From Glaucostegus cemiculus (lineage: Eukaryota): a DNA stretch of 64,000 nt. Below, one piece after another: positions 1 through 13,498 of the stretch (position 1 is the first letter of the stretch; the number at the start of each line of letters is the position of its first letter). Both the position numbers and the translations under genes were made by a program. The notes beneath the pieces were generated by a model, which saw only the letters and a program-made list of their open reading frames with translations, was not told where the DNA came from and did no database searches. The DNA is taken from positions 3,224,001 to 3,288,000 of the forward strand of contig CDPCPM010000363.1 in NCBI GenBank assembly GCA_976551045.1, in the 5' to 3' direction.

Positions 1-299
1 GTTATTGATAATCGTTGATTTGTGTATTTGATGGTATTATTAAATACCAACTTGTTATCCGGTGCTGATTTTCCGTGTATTTACTCTACGCCTTTGTTGG
101 ATATGTCTATTTCACGTCCTGTGATCCTAAAACCTGACCTCACTCAAATTCATACACCTTGTAAACGGTATTCTAGCGGGCTGATATTCACCGTGACTTT
201 TTCGACCTCAGTGAGATAAATTATGTCAGAGGTTGCTGATACGTTTGAAGACATGTTAGCCTCTTTATTCCACTGATTTCCCCTTTCTTTCCTTACCTT

Positions 300-570
300 T
301 GAACCATCCCACGGAGGATCTGCTCCCGCCTCCTCCACTGCACCTGCCTATCACTATCTCTTACCTGCATCTACCTATCACTACCTTGTTTCCACCTGAC
401 TCCCCTCTTGTATCCAGCTATCACCGCTCTGCTTTGCCCTCGAGAAATTGGGCTTCCCCTTTTCTTATCTTCAATCCTGAACATGTGTTCTGACCAAAAA
501 CGTTGACAGCCTTATTTTCTCCAAAGATGCTGCGTGGCTTGCTGAGTTCCTCCAGCATCGTAGTCTCCAG
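300..570 (+). mobile_element. Penelope-derived 3' repeat fragment (pyrimidine-rich tract plus 'gatgctgc..gctgagttcctccagc' tail)
   Basis: The same tail motif recurs at ~18900, ~26000, ~35780 and ~43620, and at ~18900 it terminates the GIY-YIG element. Confidence 0.55.
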
Positions 571-2620
571 TGAGTTCATGGAAGAAAGCACTGGGTCCTG
601 AAATAGATCGATATTGCAAAAACAGGAGGTATTGGCAATCGTGAAGCACGCGAAGCTGGATAACTTCCTTGGACGTGACCAAATATATCCCAATTCATTG
701 TGGAAAGCCAGAGAAGAATGTGTTGGGATCCTGGCGGAGAATTGTGTAACTTAATTAGCCACGGATGAGGTACTGGAAGATTGGAGGATAGCTAATGTTC
801 TGTTTTTTTTTACTTAATATGAGTTTCAAGGACAAGTCGGAGAACGAAAATACAATGAGCTTTACACAATTGGTGGGAGATTTAGAGGAATAGTTTCTGG
901 GAGAGAGAATTTATTGAGCTTTTGAAAGGCAATGACTTTTCAGCGATATTCAGCATGCGTCTGTGGGTGGGAAACCATGTCGCACGAGCTTGGTTGAGTT
1001 ATCTCAGTAGGTGACCAATGAGATTGATAAAGCCGGAGCAGTAGTCATTTTATTTCTGTTTTCATGGACTTTAGCAAAGCTATTGACAAGGATTTGCATG
1101 GCAGTCTGGTCCAGAATGTTAAACATATGGCCTCCAGGTTGAGCTAGCCAATTAGATACAAATTTGAATTGGTAACAGGGGGCAGTGAGTGGTCGTATTG
1201 TCATGATTCTGAGTACTGGCCCTTGATTTGGTTCCTTATATGCTTCGTTGAACTGCACAAGGATTCCATGCTGGACTGATTGCACAATGACACACACCTG
1301 AGCCCCATCAGGGGCCTAGCGTAAGTACCTGGGTTTCTGTAGCACTAGTTGCCAGAGGAGTGGTCAACCTTCGGGTATACTTTGGCTCCTAGCTGCTCAG
1401 AGTGGTCTGCTCTAGAGCAGTCCTGCATTCTCTAGTCCTACTTGAAGATTCAGTTCGTGTTGGGATTACTACTCAGATCTAAAAGGCAAGATTCCTTCCA
1501 GTGTTGCCTGTGTCCGGTCCTGAGGAAGTATCCTGACTCCAGGCTTGTACCAATGTGCCGCATTTGGGTTCTGTGTGAGCTTGCTCTTCAATCAACATTG
1601 TGACACGTATAAGATTGTTTTAAAATTGCAGGCCTGTGACCAGTGGAATGCCAGATGGATTTGTGCTGGGTCCACAATTCTATGCAATATAAGATATGGA
1701 TAGGGATGTTAAGGAACATATTTCTCAAGTTTGCAGATGATAGTAAATTCGGTTGTATCCTGGACGTGGAAGAAAAATGGCTAAAGTTAGAAAAATATAT
1801 TGATCAACTGGGAGAGTGGGCAAAAGAATGGAAGAGAGAACTCAATAGACAACTGCAAAGTGATGCATTTTGGGAAGCTCAATCACTTCGGATTGTAGAA
1901 AGCGAACAGCAGACCCTTCGGGGATGATGATAACCAGTGAGACTGAGGAATACAAGTTCACGGTTTCCAAAAGTTGACGACAGAGTTAGAGGGGGTGGGG
2001 CAGAAGACATATGTAATGCCAGCGTTCATCGGCCGATACATTAAATACATTAGTTGGGAAGTCATATTAAAAAACGTTACACAGGATTTGGAAGATCATG
2101 CGAAGTTCTGATAGCCATGCTTCAGGAAGGATGTGAGTCGATTGCAGAGGGTGCAGAAAAGGTTCACAATTATATTGCCTGACCTGGAGAGCTTGAGATA
2201 TTAGGAGAGATGGAATAGCTGAGGCTATTATTCCCTGGATCAAAGAACACTAGCGGGTGACCTTATTGAGGTTTATCACATTACGAGGCTCATGGACATG
2301 GGTAATAGACACAGTGTATTTCCCAGTGAAAGGAAGTAAAAAAACTGGAGGTGAGAGGGAACATATGTAAAGGGGGCCGGAGGCAGCATTTTTCTTCCAA
2401 ACAGAGGGTGTTCGGATACATGGGAGAAGCTGCCAAAAGAGGAACTGAAGGCAGAGACAATAACAACGTTTTAAAAAAATGGCCGGTACATGTGTGGAGA
2501 TATTCAGAGGAATATGGATAATGGTAAATAGGATAACCTTAAATTGGCATATTGATTCACACAGATAAATTGGGCCAAAGGGCCCATTATCGTGTTGCAG
2601 ATTTTTTGAAATTCTATGAA
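565..2620 (+). mobile_element. CR1-clade LINE, degenerate ORF2 (RT) and 3' end, interrupted by a solo LTR
   Basis: ORF 1643..1927 contains FLKFADDSKFG (CR1 KFADDTK motif); DFSKA-like region at ~1070; CR1-type 3' UTR; many stops and frameshifts. Confidence 0.85.
1199..1605. mobile_element. Solo LTR (family A) with 5-bp TSD
   Basis: Starts TGTCA, ends TGACA; perfect TSD CGTAT at 1194-1198 and 1606-1610; CR1 sequence resumes across it; a second, inverted copy lies at 58185-58575. Confidence 0.9.
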
Positions 2621-2669
2621 ACAGTGAAGTGAGCCGATAGTGTGCTATCTATGCTGGGTGTGCTTATTC

Positions 2670-2910
2670 TCTCTGAGCTCATGTGGGTTTCTTCAGAGTG
2701 CTCCGGTTTCTTCTCACATTTCAAAGTCGCACTTGTTGTTGGATTTAAAGTCTGCTGCAATATAGCCCATGTTATCTAGTTTGAAGGTGGAATCTGAAGA
2801 AAGTGATGAATATGTTTAAGGAATAAAATAGGTTTATTATAACGAGGAGTTTGATGGTCGTCTTGAATTCCGTGATTGACAGGCCTGTTACCACGAAATA
2901 TGACTGTGAT
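2670..2910 (+). mobile_element. SINE fragment (HE1/V-SINE-like central domain)
   Basis: 'tgggtttcttcagagtgctccggtttcttctcacatttcaaag' matches the conserved fish SINE central motif; related copies at ~10200-10420 (-) and ~20320-20500. Confidence 0.6.
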
Positions 2911-2989
2911 CCCTTCGCATTTTCAAGGACATTTATGATTTCTTTATATTTTGAATAATTGATCTTTCCAATAGAAAAGGGTGAAGTAT

Positions 2990-4530
2990 AAGAGCAAATC
3001 AGGTTATTCAGCCCATCGAGACTGCTGCGTCATTTGATCATGACCGATTTTTTCACCCCAATCTCCCGACTGCTTCCCATTACAATATTTTTTTTTACCC
3101 ATAAATCTCTGTATTAAATACAACCAAATACTTGGCCTCCACAGCCCATTGTGTCAAAGAATTCAACAGATTCGCCACCCTCTGGCGGAGCAAATGCAGC
3201 TTCATCTCAGTCTGAAATGGACGTCCCTTTATTCTGAAGCTCTGCTCTCGGATCCAAGACTCTCCTACCAAGGAAACATCCTGTCCACGTCCACTCTCTT
3301 CAGGCCTTTTCTGTATTGGATAGCTTTCAATTAAATTTCTACTCATCTTTTTGAACTCCATCAACTATAGGACCCGGGACATCAAAAGCTCCTTGTTTAG
3401 CTTTCCTTTCTCGGGGTCATTGATGAGAACCTCCACTGGAAGCTCTCCAGGGCCAGCACGTCTTCCCTTAGATACGGGGATAAAATTGCTCACAATATTC
3501 CAAATACCATCTGACTAATACCTTAAAAAGCCTCGGCAGTACAGCAGTACATCCTTGCTTTATTCATGCCAACATTACATCTGACTTCATTACTACCAAC
3601 TGAACCTGCAAGATAACGTTAGGGCAATCCTGAATTAAGACTACACCTTTACTCTTCCTAACAAAGTGCATAACCTCATACTTCCCGATGCTGTATTCTA
3701 TCTGCCACTTCTTTGCCCACTCTTCTGACCTCTGGAAACTCCACTGCAGACTCATTGCCTCCGCGACAGTGCCTGTTTATCCATCTATCTTGGTATGGCC
3801 ATCAAACACGGCCACAATGCAATCAGGAAATTCATCCAGATCAGTCAAGCATAAAGTGAGAAACTGCGGACCTAACACTGACCTCTGTGGAACATCACCA
3901 GTCAGCAGCAGCCATCCTGAAAAGGACTGTTTTATCTCGACGCTCTGACTGCTGTTGTTAGCCAATCTTCTATCCATTGTAGTACCTTGCATCTAACACT
4001 ATGAACACTTATCCTCTTTCATAATCTCGTGTGCGGCATACTGAGAAAGACCTTCGACAAATACAAGTAAATAACATCCACCGGCTCTCCTTTGTCTAAT
4101 CTGCTTGTTACCTGCTCAAAGAATTGGAAAAGACTTGTGATAAAAGATCGCCCTTTAACGAAACTATGCTGACTTGGCCCTGTTTTATCATGCACTTGCA
4201 GCTACTCTGAAATGTCATCTTTAAGAATGGACTCCCAAACTTATGGTAACTGACTTGCCTATAGTTTCCTGTCTTTTTCCTCCTTCCCTTCTTATACAGT
4301 GGTGTCATATTTGCAATTTTCAGCCCTCTAGGAAGTATCTTGACTCCAGTGATTTTTGAATAAAAACAGTAGGGTCATGAAGTCCACAATCGAGTCCACA
4401 ATCGAGTCAGCTACTACTTCATAATCTGAGGTGTAGTCCATCTGATCCATGTGATTTATCTACTTTCAGGACTTTGAGCTCCCCCACAACTTTTCCAATA
4501 TGATGACCACTACACACACCTCTGTCTCAT
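2990..4530 (-). mobile_element. CR1-clade LINE fragment (ORF2 RT to 3' end)
   Basis: Translations TPLYKKGRRKKTGNYRQVS, TGDVPQRSVLGPQF, EWAKKWQIEYSIGKYEVMHF and QRVANLLNSLTQWAVEA are CR1 ORF2 motifs. Confidence 0.85.
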
Positions 4531-5169
4531 GACTCTTTAATTTCTGTCATGATACAGAAGTGCTAAGCGGAAGTGGAAAAGTGGACGCTTCAAGTGGAAG
4601 ACGGTTGGTCAAAATTCACAAATTATTGGCGACAACAAATTGTCTTTATTTTCGACCCACGGTTTCAAATGCATTCATTGCACCCAAACAAAATTTGCAC
4701 CAACAAGAGAAGTGATTGCATTTTCAGTCCAACATTCGCGGCTTGCAGTCAGGACTTTAGAGCTAAAAAGGTGATTTTTAATTGCAGGAATTGTTATACT
4801 GTGGGGAACCTAAAATCATTTGCACACAATAAGGTCCCACAAACAACAATAGTATAATCAGCAAATAAATGTCATTGTTCTCATGTTCACGATAAGCACT
4901 GGCCAGGACTCAGAGAACACCTTCTCTGGTCTTGTTCAGAATAGGAAGATGGATCCTTTATGTCAAGGTGGGAGGCCAGTCAGGATTTAATATTATTGTA
5001 TCATAAGGCAAAGTGGAATTCCCACAGTACTGTGCCGCTTCATAAAATGCACGACCCTCTGAGAAGGTAAATGTGGAATATTTCCATGAAAGAATGGGAC
5101 ATAAACGGAAGCTTGTTCAAGAGACATTCTTGAAGAACTTGGTTTAGGCACTTTAAAGTGTAAACTAAA

Positions 5170-6364
5170 ACTTCATCTTGAACAGTCCCAAACACATACC
5201 TCGCCACCCTCTCTGTATCCTCCGTAAGACCCTTCAGTGCATCACTCAGTACATTGCAGCTGAGAAGAAATTATGACCCTGCTCCATTGACGGATCCAAT
5301 GAATGTCATGACAAAAATGATGTCAAGTATTGAACAGGCAACAAAACCACTATTCGACAATAACCGTTCAGCAAAATCTTCCGTTAAGTCCACGGTCAGA
5401 GGAGATTTAACTTCGGACTTCAGATCTTGCACAAGATTAGCTGCAATGTTTGCCAGTCTTTGAAGTGATGCATTTCCCACAGCTTAACACTGACGTGAAT
5501 ATCTCAGTCTTCCAAGCAATACCGCAAGGACTAAAGCATTGGAGGCATCAGGGATAGATAATAATGCCAATTTTCCTGTTGGCATCGGCAATGTCCACAT
5601 ACGTTTCTCCAGCACTTTATTTGTTCTTGTGTGTCGTCTCTAGGTTTAAAATCGGAAGGGCCAGTGTGAAAATACTTTTCTTAATGTTCGGAAGATCACG
5701 TTCAATTCCTTCATTTAAGCGAGTGAAATCAGACCGATTCTGATCGAAACAAGAAATCAGAAACACGGGGGAAGCCAGAATTCCTGACTTCTTCAAGTTC
5801 TTGACAGAGTCATTCCGGATATTTTCCAGCTCATCTTCTTCGTTAAATTTCATCCCATGCTTTTTCATTGAATTAAAATCATTGTCAATTTTAGAGCTAA
5901 CAAAGTAGATACTCTTGCTTCGGTCTTTGTTTTTCTCAACCAGTTTTGCATCGTTCCCTCAAAATCGGATGTCTGAGAAAATCATGACAATATCTTAGAT
6001 TTGAATATAATTTCCGCCAGGTATTTATCCGCTGGAATTTGCATAGATTCAGTTGCGGGCAGATCCCAGAAGTAAACGTTAGGCAGGCTCGGATTTAGGT
6101 ATCGGGTTAGCTCTGTTGAAGTATCATGTCCCCATCATCAGCTTCTCCTTCATCATCACTCGGAAGCTCTGTCATAGCGGTAATGAAGCTGAATTTCCCT
6201 GCACCAGTTTCTGCCGTCATTGCAATGTTAAGCTCTGTGTTATCTAACTCAGTTACCTTTTTTTCTGTAACAGAGGTTTAATCTTTTCCAGCCGACCTGT
6301 TTTAATATCGGATTTGATTTTTTTCACTCTTGCTCTGTGACGAATGAAACACTTGTACAAAGAG
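5170..6364 (-). pseudogene. Interferon-inducible GTPase (IRG/IIGP, IRGC-like) pseudogene, single coding exon
   Basis: Manual translation gives LNIAMTAETGAGKFSFITA (G1), YLNPSLPNVYFWDLPA (G3), YFVSSKIDND (G4), PVFLIS (G5) and C-terminal SLQRLANIA..LKSEVKSPL. At least 3 frameshifts and several in-frame stops; splice acceptor ttctcgttcAG at 6365-6366. Confidence 0.88.
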
Positions 6365-6919
6365 CTGAACGAGAAGTGACTGAAAGGAGCCAGGTTTCAT
6401 GACATATTTCAACAGACTTAAATAAGCTGCATTTAAGCACAAACCATGATGTACACAGAATACCACAATAATCATTACATCTTATGATGCCTGACGTGAT
6501 ATTCCTGTTTTGTAGCAAAGTGCTACTGGAGAAAACATGACGATACGCTCTAGTAATGGGCAATGAAAGAACAATCAGTTATTTTATTTTCCGGAATTAA
6601 CGTTACTACCCTTGCTTTATCTGATGGGTCCCTGAATCGAGTCTCGAATTGGAAATATAGATGGCCAGATACCCTTTGATCCCCAGTTAACAGACAGTGC
6701 CACTACCTCCAGCTAGTATTATTCTCCTTCACACTTGCCTCTATTTATGTAACCCCCCCCCCCTCAATTCAGTGAAGTCAACTAGATGGCTGCCTCAGAT
6801 TCGCTTTAGGGTCCCTTGTTTTGATTGGACTGGTGACGTAAATGTTGGATTAAGTCCAGAACCGCTTGGTTTACGAGGGCGATCGTTTTGAAGCCAGTAA
6901 AGCCTGAGAAGTATGACGA

Positions 6920-7240
6920 AATAGATGTTGTAATGTTTTGACTTGAGGAACAATTTGGAAGAAGGAGTTGTATTATCAAGATAAGGACGTGATCATTTAA
7001 ACCCGACGTAAATGGAAAATTATTTTCACAAAGAGTTGTGACTCTTAAGAGTTCTGTACCGCAGAGTATCGTGGAGGCCAGATCATTGATTGTGTGTAAG
7101 ATTGAAGTAGATAACTTCTGAAAGATAGGGTTTGGGAATCAGGTAAAAAGGAGAGTTGTGGGCCTGGGGTATATCAGTCATGATCAATTTTGGTGTTGAC
7201 CAGAGTTGAGTGTTAAGGTGGTTTATTCCTGTTTTTATTC
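6920..7240 (+). mobile_element. CR1 3' end fragment
   Basis: 'ttttcacaaagagttgtgactct...gtggaggccagatcattg' matches the CR1 ORF2 C-terminus/3' UTR seen in other copies here. Confidence 0.65.
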
Positions 7241-10189
7241 ATCCTCTGCTGATGGGCTGCAGAGTGTTGAGGAAAACAATAACAGTTAATCTGCCAAATG
7301 GCAGGTGGAGAGTCATTACAGATCAATCTGAGAAAATACAGCATGAGACATCTCCAGACTAGCCTTGCGGTGGTTGGTCCCCTCCCCTTTCCCTATCTTT
7401 CTCTGCTATTTCCGTGTCTCAATCTTGCGTTTCCATCAAGTAAGGTGCAGGAATGACAATCACGACTCGATGTTGTCTTTGATTCTGCGAATTTTCACGT
7501 TCAAGAAGAGAGTAGAGAACGAAACTTCATCAAATGGCTGAGTAAATCATCATTAGGATGGGGACAAATAGAACAAACTGGAAAAGACATAACAGTCATG
7601 TCGTCTTTTCTGTTCATCAGCCTGAAGGTTGTAAGGGGAGTTCTGATTACTGCTTAGTATTGCAGGGAAGAATTAATTCGTTTGGGAGCCAGAACAGAGA
7701 GGGCAGAAGGTGGATGGCAATGGAAAAATTACATTTTTTTGTAAAAGTACAAGTTAAATCATTCAGCAAGTGAAGTGAAGTAAAGTTAGTGTCTGTGATT
7801 GAAAATACCACCAGATAGTCTGACTTGAACCTCCCTGACAATAGCTTTGTAAATCCTGCACTTAACGTCCCAGCTATTATTTAAAGTTGTTGAATCGACA
7901 GATTAAGTGCACAGTAGTGGATTTGTGAGAGAAATCAAGACATGGCTGACAAGTTAAATATTTACGTTGTGTTCATACTGGAGGATATGATATCAGAAAT
8001 ATATGGAAACTTAAAATTAACTGATTGGAACTTACTCGGTTTAATATCCTTAATGTGTTGATATGACAGAATGCCATGGGATAAATGCGTAAAAATGTTG
8101 GACACAGTACCTTCCAGCACAATGCATAACAATATGTTTGTGTCACCATCTATCAATGCATTCCTGAATCAGGGTATCTCTCTGCGACTGCTGAATTCAG
8201 AGTGAGGTCCCGAAGGCTGTAATGTGGCAAGTCAGTGGAATCCGCGGTGGTTATCAATCTCACACAGAGGTTCCTTGGAATGGTATGGGACGTCGGCAGA
8301 CACACGAAGAAAGTGGGATGTATAATTAAAGAGACGGGCAACTGGAAGCTCAGGATCTCTCTTGAGACATTTCTGTTTGTTCTCCCATATTCCTCCCCTC
8401 CCTCTGTAATATTCATTTTATTGATTTTTAAATTCGCCTGTTTTTATCGTCCTGATTCTCTCTGACCTGGTCGGAATTTCCAGCGTTCTCCGATTTTATT
8501 TCAAATTGGCAGCACCGGCCCTAGATTTTTTGGGTCATTGCAAGAGAATGGATGTTCATGAGTTTGAAGTCTCGTGAAGTAGCATTCAGTTCAGCATAAC
8601 TAATTTCTGGCCTGTGCTTATGGTCCCTGCATTCAGTTTGCTTCTCTACACGTTTTTACTCAATGATCACATTCAGGAAGCTTAGGGAGTGGGGTTGTAA
8701 TGATAATGCTATTGAATGTGTGTCAGTTATTGTTGGACTCTCATTAACGGGAATGGTCATTACCAAGCTTTCATGTGACATGAATGTCACTTGCCACTTT
8801 TTGTGCCAGCATCGATATTCATTTTGGTATTTGGAAAATGGGAGTTGCTTCATTCTCCAAAGCTTTGCAAACATCCTCACCTTTAAAAAAAAAGTTCACT
8901 GTTGAAACAGCAGAAGGTACATGTGCACAATATGAAGGCCAGAGGAACTCCTGCAGTGAAATCCTGGGACAAAGTTTTTTTTTCATCTCCAGCTAGCACC
9001 ACATTTTACATTACAGTGAAGTATTTTCCCAATAAGCGGATTTTCATCTCCACCTAGTCTGGTACCCAGAAAACATCAGTAAGGCACATTACTGTGAATT
9101 ATATAATACTTTCCAATTATCCGGATGTGCCTAGCAGCACTCAAGGAACTTGACATCCTCGAGAGAAGAATCAGGATGTCCATCCACATCTCTAAAAATA
9201 TCACTGACTGCACGACAAGCACTTTGTTCAATCTGCGCTTACAAGAAAATGCACAGCAGCAAATTGCACAGGAACGTTTGAATGAACATCCAAACCCATA
9301 AAACTTACAACTTTCAGGCATGTGAACACCAATCTTTGTCAAATTCGCCTGTATCACCGATCATCCTGCATTGGAAATCCATTGACCTTCATTTTGACTT
9401 TTGCGTTAAAGTGTTGGAACACATTTTGTCATTTACTCACAGCATACCGTTGCTTTCTGACTGCCAACAGTTCGGAAATAAAAACAATCACCACTGAGTT
9501 CTCCATGGAAATTGAGGATGGGTATGTAAAACTGGCATTGATAACAATACACAATTTCCAGAATGAAGAAAGAAAGTGCACCATATATCAGTCTGAACAT
9601 GTCCTCGAGATTGACAACAATGTGAACCTTGCACAAAGCAGGTTTCTGGTGAGGGGAAATTTAAGGAGTTAAAACATATGTGTCTCTATCCACAGTTCAC
9701 AACAGAGGGACAGGAAACACAAATAAAATGGTATAACTCCAAACTAAACGTATCCCAGATGTAAATTTAAAAGTCATTTTTTGAACCATCTTCCAAAACA
9801 CAACACATGGATTATTGGCATAACAATGACAAAGGGTACAGCTTGGTGGCCAGCACGGGGAAATGGTTGCAAAGGGATCTAGTTGGCATCTGTATTTCAG
9901 TTTACGCAACCTTTAGAAGTGAGAGTCTTTGCGGTTGAAGAAAATGTTTCCAGCTTCCCGGCATCGGGACATTCGAACCTGCTGCCGATGTTCATCTCCA
10001 CGTCTCACCCTTTGCTGTTCAGTGCTGCATTGCATAGTCTATCCAGACTGCACAGTCAGTTGCACGAGACTAAATCTGCAAACGGAACTATCCATATGCC
10101 AGGACATAGAGAATTCTCCTTGATAGCTTCCTACTAAGAGTACCCAGGTATGGCTTTGGAGGAGCTCCTGTGACTCCCACGTATGAAGT

Positions 10190-10425
10190 ACATTCGCTCC
10201 AGGAGAAATAGTATAGAAGCATGCCTTCAGCCTAGCCCGTCCTCGCATCCTTTCAGCCACGCATTTACATTAATCCTGCAGTATTCCCATTTTAATTCCC
10301 CCGATATTCTCGTCAACTTTCGCCACGTTCTACCACTAACCCTCACATAGGGCAATTTACATGTGAACATACCGACGTGCTCAGCATTGGGATGTGAGAG
10401 GAAAACAGGAGCAGACGGAAAACCC
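10190..10425 (-). mobile_element. SINE fragment (HE1/V-SINE-like)
   Basis: Reverse complement reads 'gggttttccgtctgctcctgttttcctctcacatcccaatg', the same central motif as the copies at ~2690 and ~20330. Confidence 0.55.
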
Positions 10426-13263
10426 AGGCGATTGCAGGAATAATCTGCAAACTCCACATGATTTGAATCCCATCTCTGGAACCGTCAAACAACGGATCAA
10501 CGAGCGAAGGACTTTTTTGCCCTCAGGAGCCATTCTGCACCATAATCTTCTGGTCCTTCTATTTCCAGTTGGAGAACTCTCCAAAAATCATGTTTTGACG
10601 TGTTTGTCCTCATAGCCTGCTGTAGTCATGCCCGGTTGGAAATAAAACCATGCAATTACAGTGCTAATCGGTCGCAGCACTGCTTGACTTTCCTGCTTCA
10701 TTTCGTTGAAGTGATCACTGTGTCAACGCACTGTTCCCCAGAGTAAGTTGGTGACATAGTGGCCCTATCAGAGTAAAAGGTGTGATACACTGAGCCTTGA
10801 TGCTTCCAGTATGGTTTCCACAGGAGAATCCACGTTAATATTGCCAAAAGTGAACAATAAAGAAACGCAAGCTGCTGGAAATCCAAAATGAAAGCTGAAA
10901 ATATTGGAAATAATTGACAGACCAAGCCAAAGCTATGGTGAGAACAAAACAAATCGTTCAAGTTTCATTTTGAAGGCCTTCAAGAGAAGTGGGAAGGAGG
11001 TGAAAGAGACATGTTCAGCTGCAAGTGGTGCTGAGGATGGAGGATGTCTCTGATAGAGTAAAAAAGTGGTGACTATGGGAACAAGCTAGAAGCAAGGATA
11101 TCTGGTCGATTTGTGAATGAAACCAGACCTTCTTGAAGACTTATCTCCGTGGTCAACCTCGTTTCGTCTAACAGAGACAACCTGCTATTCTACCCTTCCT
11201 GCAGATATGCAAGTTTCTTTTCATTCGTTCAAAGTTCCAAAGAAGGGTTTTCGAACAACAATGCTCAATCGGATTCTCTTCCCACAGATGATGTCTGATC
11301 TCCTGAGCATTTCCAGTATTTTCTATTTGATATACCCGGTGCCACGGCTTTTAAAGGAGGTCGTAGTCTGTGAACACGCAGGCGGTGTTTTCGCGCTGAT
11401 TATGGAAGGAAATCACTGCATTGATCTCCTGATCCAAGCATACTGCAATGTTGCAAACTTTATGATTCCAGAGATAGCATTAGGGCAAAATTCAGCAGCG
11501 ATTTTCACGACTGCCCCAGCATCGTCGGACTATTAATTCTACATCGGCTCTCAGAGCAGTACCTTTAATCCTTCCCCCCACTTACTTCCCCGTAACCTAT
11601 TATACACATGTATTTAACTTCCCCTTGAAACTCCAATCATACTCTTCCATAGGAGGTAGTTCACAGCGACCAATTAACCGAATAACCAACGCATTATTAA
11701 TATGTACCTTGGTTAAAGTTGGGAGTTCCGAACAACATTTAAATCGAATTCTTATCTATATGTGTTATTGCTGTGAATAAACACAATGATTTAATCTCTC
11801 AGAATTACTAAATTAAATTCTGAGATTATTATTTATTTAAAATTATTTGCTGCAGCTTCATCTTCTTGTTACAGTCCCACTTTCAATCAGCCTTGGACAA
11901 AATACAGAGAGAAAGATTATGGAATTGAAGCCTTGAATAGAATATTATACGCTGCTCGAATTCCTCTAATTTTATTGAATGAGTTTGCTTTATCAGTGGT
12001 TACATTTCAATAGAATTGAAAAAATTTACAACACTGAAATATAATTCGTTTTCAATCAATTTGACTAAAATTCCCTCCATAAAGTTCTTAACTGCACCAA
12101 AGTTTGCTGTTCTGTTTTTTTTTTTGTTTTTGTCCTTACCTGCATTGATTCTCCAAGGAAGAATTCTTTGCAATGAAGGACGTCAACAACCACATTGCAA
12201 ACAGATATGTGTATTCTGCTACCTCCCTCAAACACTCGTGATTTAGTTCTTCGGATTTGGCGGATTTCTACATGTCATCCAATAAAAACGGAGAGGTGTA
12301 TTCGAATGCCTTCAAAGCTGTGGGTGATATGAAGATATATTTCAGTCATTGGCCTTCTCTGATGTTTGAAGGTACACGGATTGCCAAATTCCCACATTTC
12401 TGTGCATCTTTATTTATGCCTAAATGTTGGAGGCACTATTTTCTTTCTAGGATCGCAGCTCACCTTTTTACTGAAAATGATGAAAGAAAAGAAGATATGG
12501 AAAAATTCCTGGCCAATTTCCTATGCAAAGCAACTTTAGAACATAAATATTCGCCAATAATGAATAACCTACGAATCGAGATATTGTTAATCAGAGCACA
12601 TAGAGAAAGGAGGCTTAATTTCTATTGACATTCAGGGTGTTCGTCTCAGTTTTGTGGTACCAAGCAAACAAACTAAAACTGTGAGATCGATCCAACGGTA
12701 ACAAGCTGTATGAATAGTTTCAGGGAAGCAGTTATTACGCGTTTTATTCGTTTCTTTGCTAATGTCCATTAGACAAGAGCATTAATTTTCCCAGGAAGTG
12801 TCGGTGCTTCTGCGGGCATTATGTTTGCGATTTCTGTGTGCGAGACAAAGAGAAAGAGCGGCAGAGTGTTTGACTTTGTTAATTAACTGTTTCCATGTGA
12901 CCAATGTAGATCTAATATAGGGTTAGCAGGGAAATTTCCCAAAGTCTATTCTCCAGTTTTATCTCTGGGTGATTCTCCTCCATTGTATTTTTGTTTTGGG
13001 GGGGGGCTGTCTCTGTCATAAGGGTAAGAATTTGCGGTGTGTTCAATCTGACATACCGTCCGTTATGTCTATCATACTTACGTAGTAAAACCACCCTTTC
13101 TGCCACAGCCCGTCATTCTAGGAAGCGTCCTGTTACTTTCATATGATCAGCAATTCTTATTCTGATATTTTTCTTCATTTCATTGAACAAACCTAACAAA
13201 GTAAAACTTGATTGAGAATTTACATTATTGAAACTGATCAAGGGGACAGCTATTTTAACGTAT

Positions 13264-13498
13264 TGTAGCAGCCAGCAGGGTGCGACTTAAAAGAACACGA
13301 GGACACGGAGACTCAATCGAGCATGTTTTTAATAACTCACCAAAAGCTGCGTATATCCCGAACTACAAAAAACATGGCCGGCGGAAAGTGACATCATACC
13401 CCAGCCGGAAGTCCTGCCTTCCGACGCTATCGCGGGAACTCGCGCGTTTCCCGTGATGGCCGACGGTGTTTCAGATCCCGATATCGTGAGTCGCTACA
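13264..13498 (-). repeat. 3' LTR of the Gypsy element
   Basis: TGTAGC..GCTACA termini; preceded on the minus strand by the polypurine tract GGGGGGTGG (13499-13507). Confidence 0.95.

Noticed and set aside
4381-4407. 12-bp tandem duplication (gagtccacaatc)
   Set aside because: Local slippage inside a CR1 fragment; no sign of function.
8650-9672. Cluster of overlapping short ORFs in non-repeat-looking DNA
   Set aside because: No recognisable motif or consistent frame; could be an old transposon or pseudogene but I cannot support a call.
12257-12628. 123-aa ORF
   Set aside because: No domain recognised and no convincing splice signals; length is compatible with chance.
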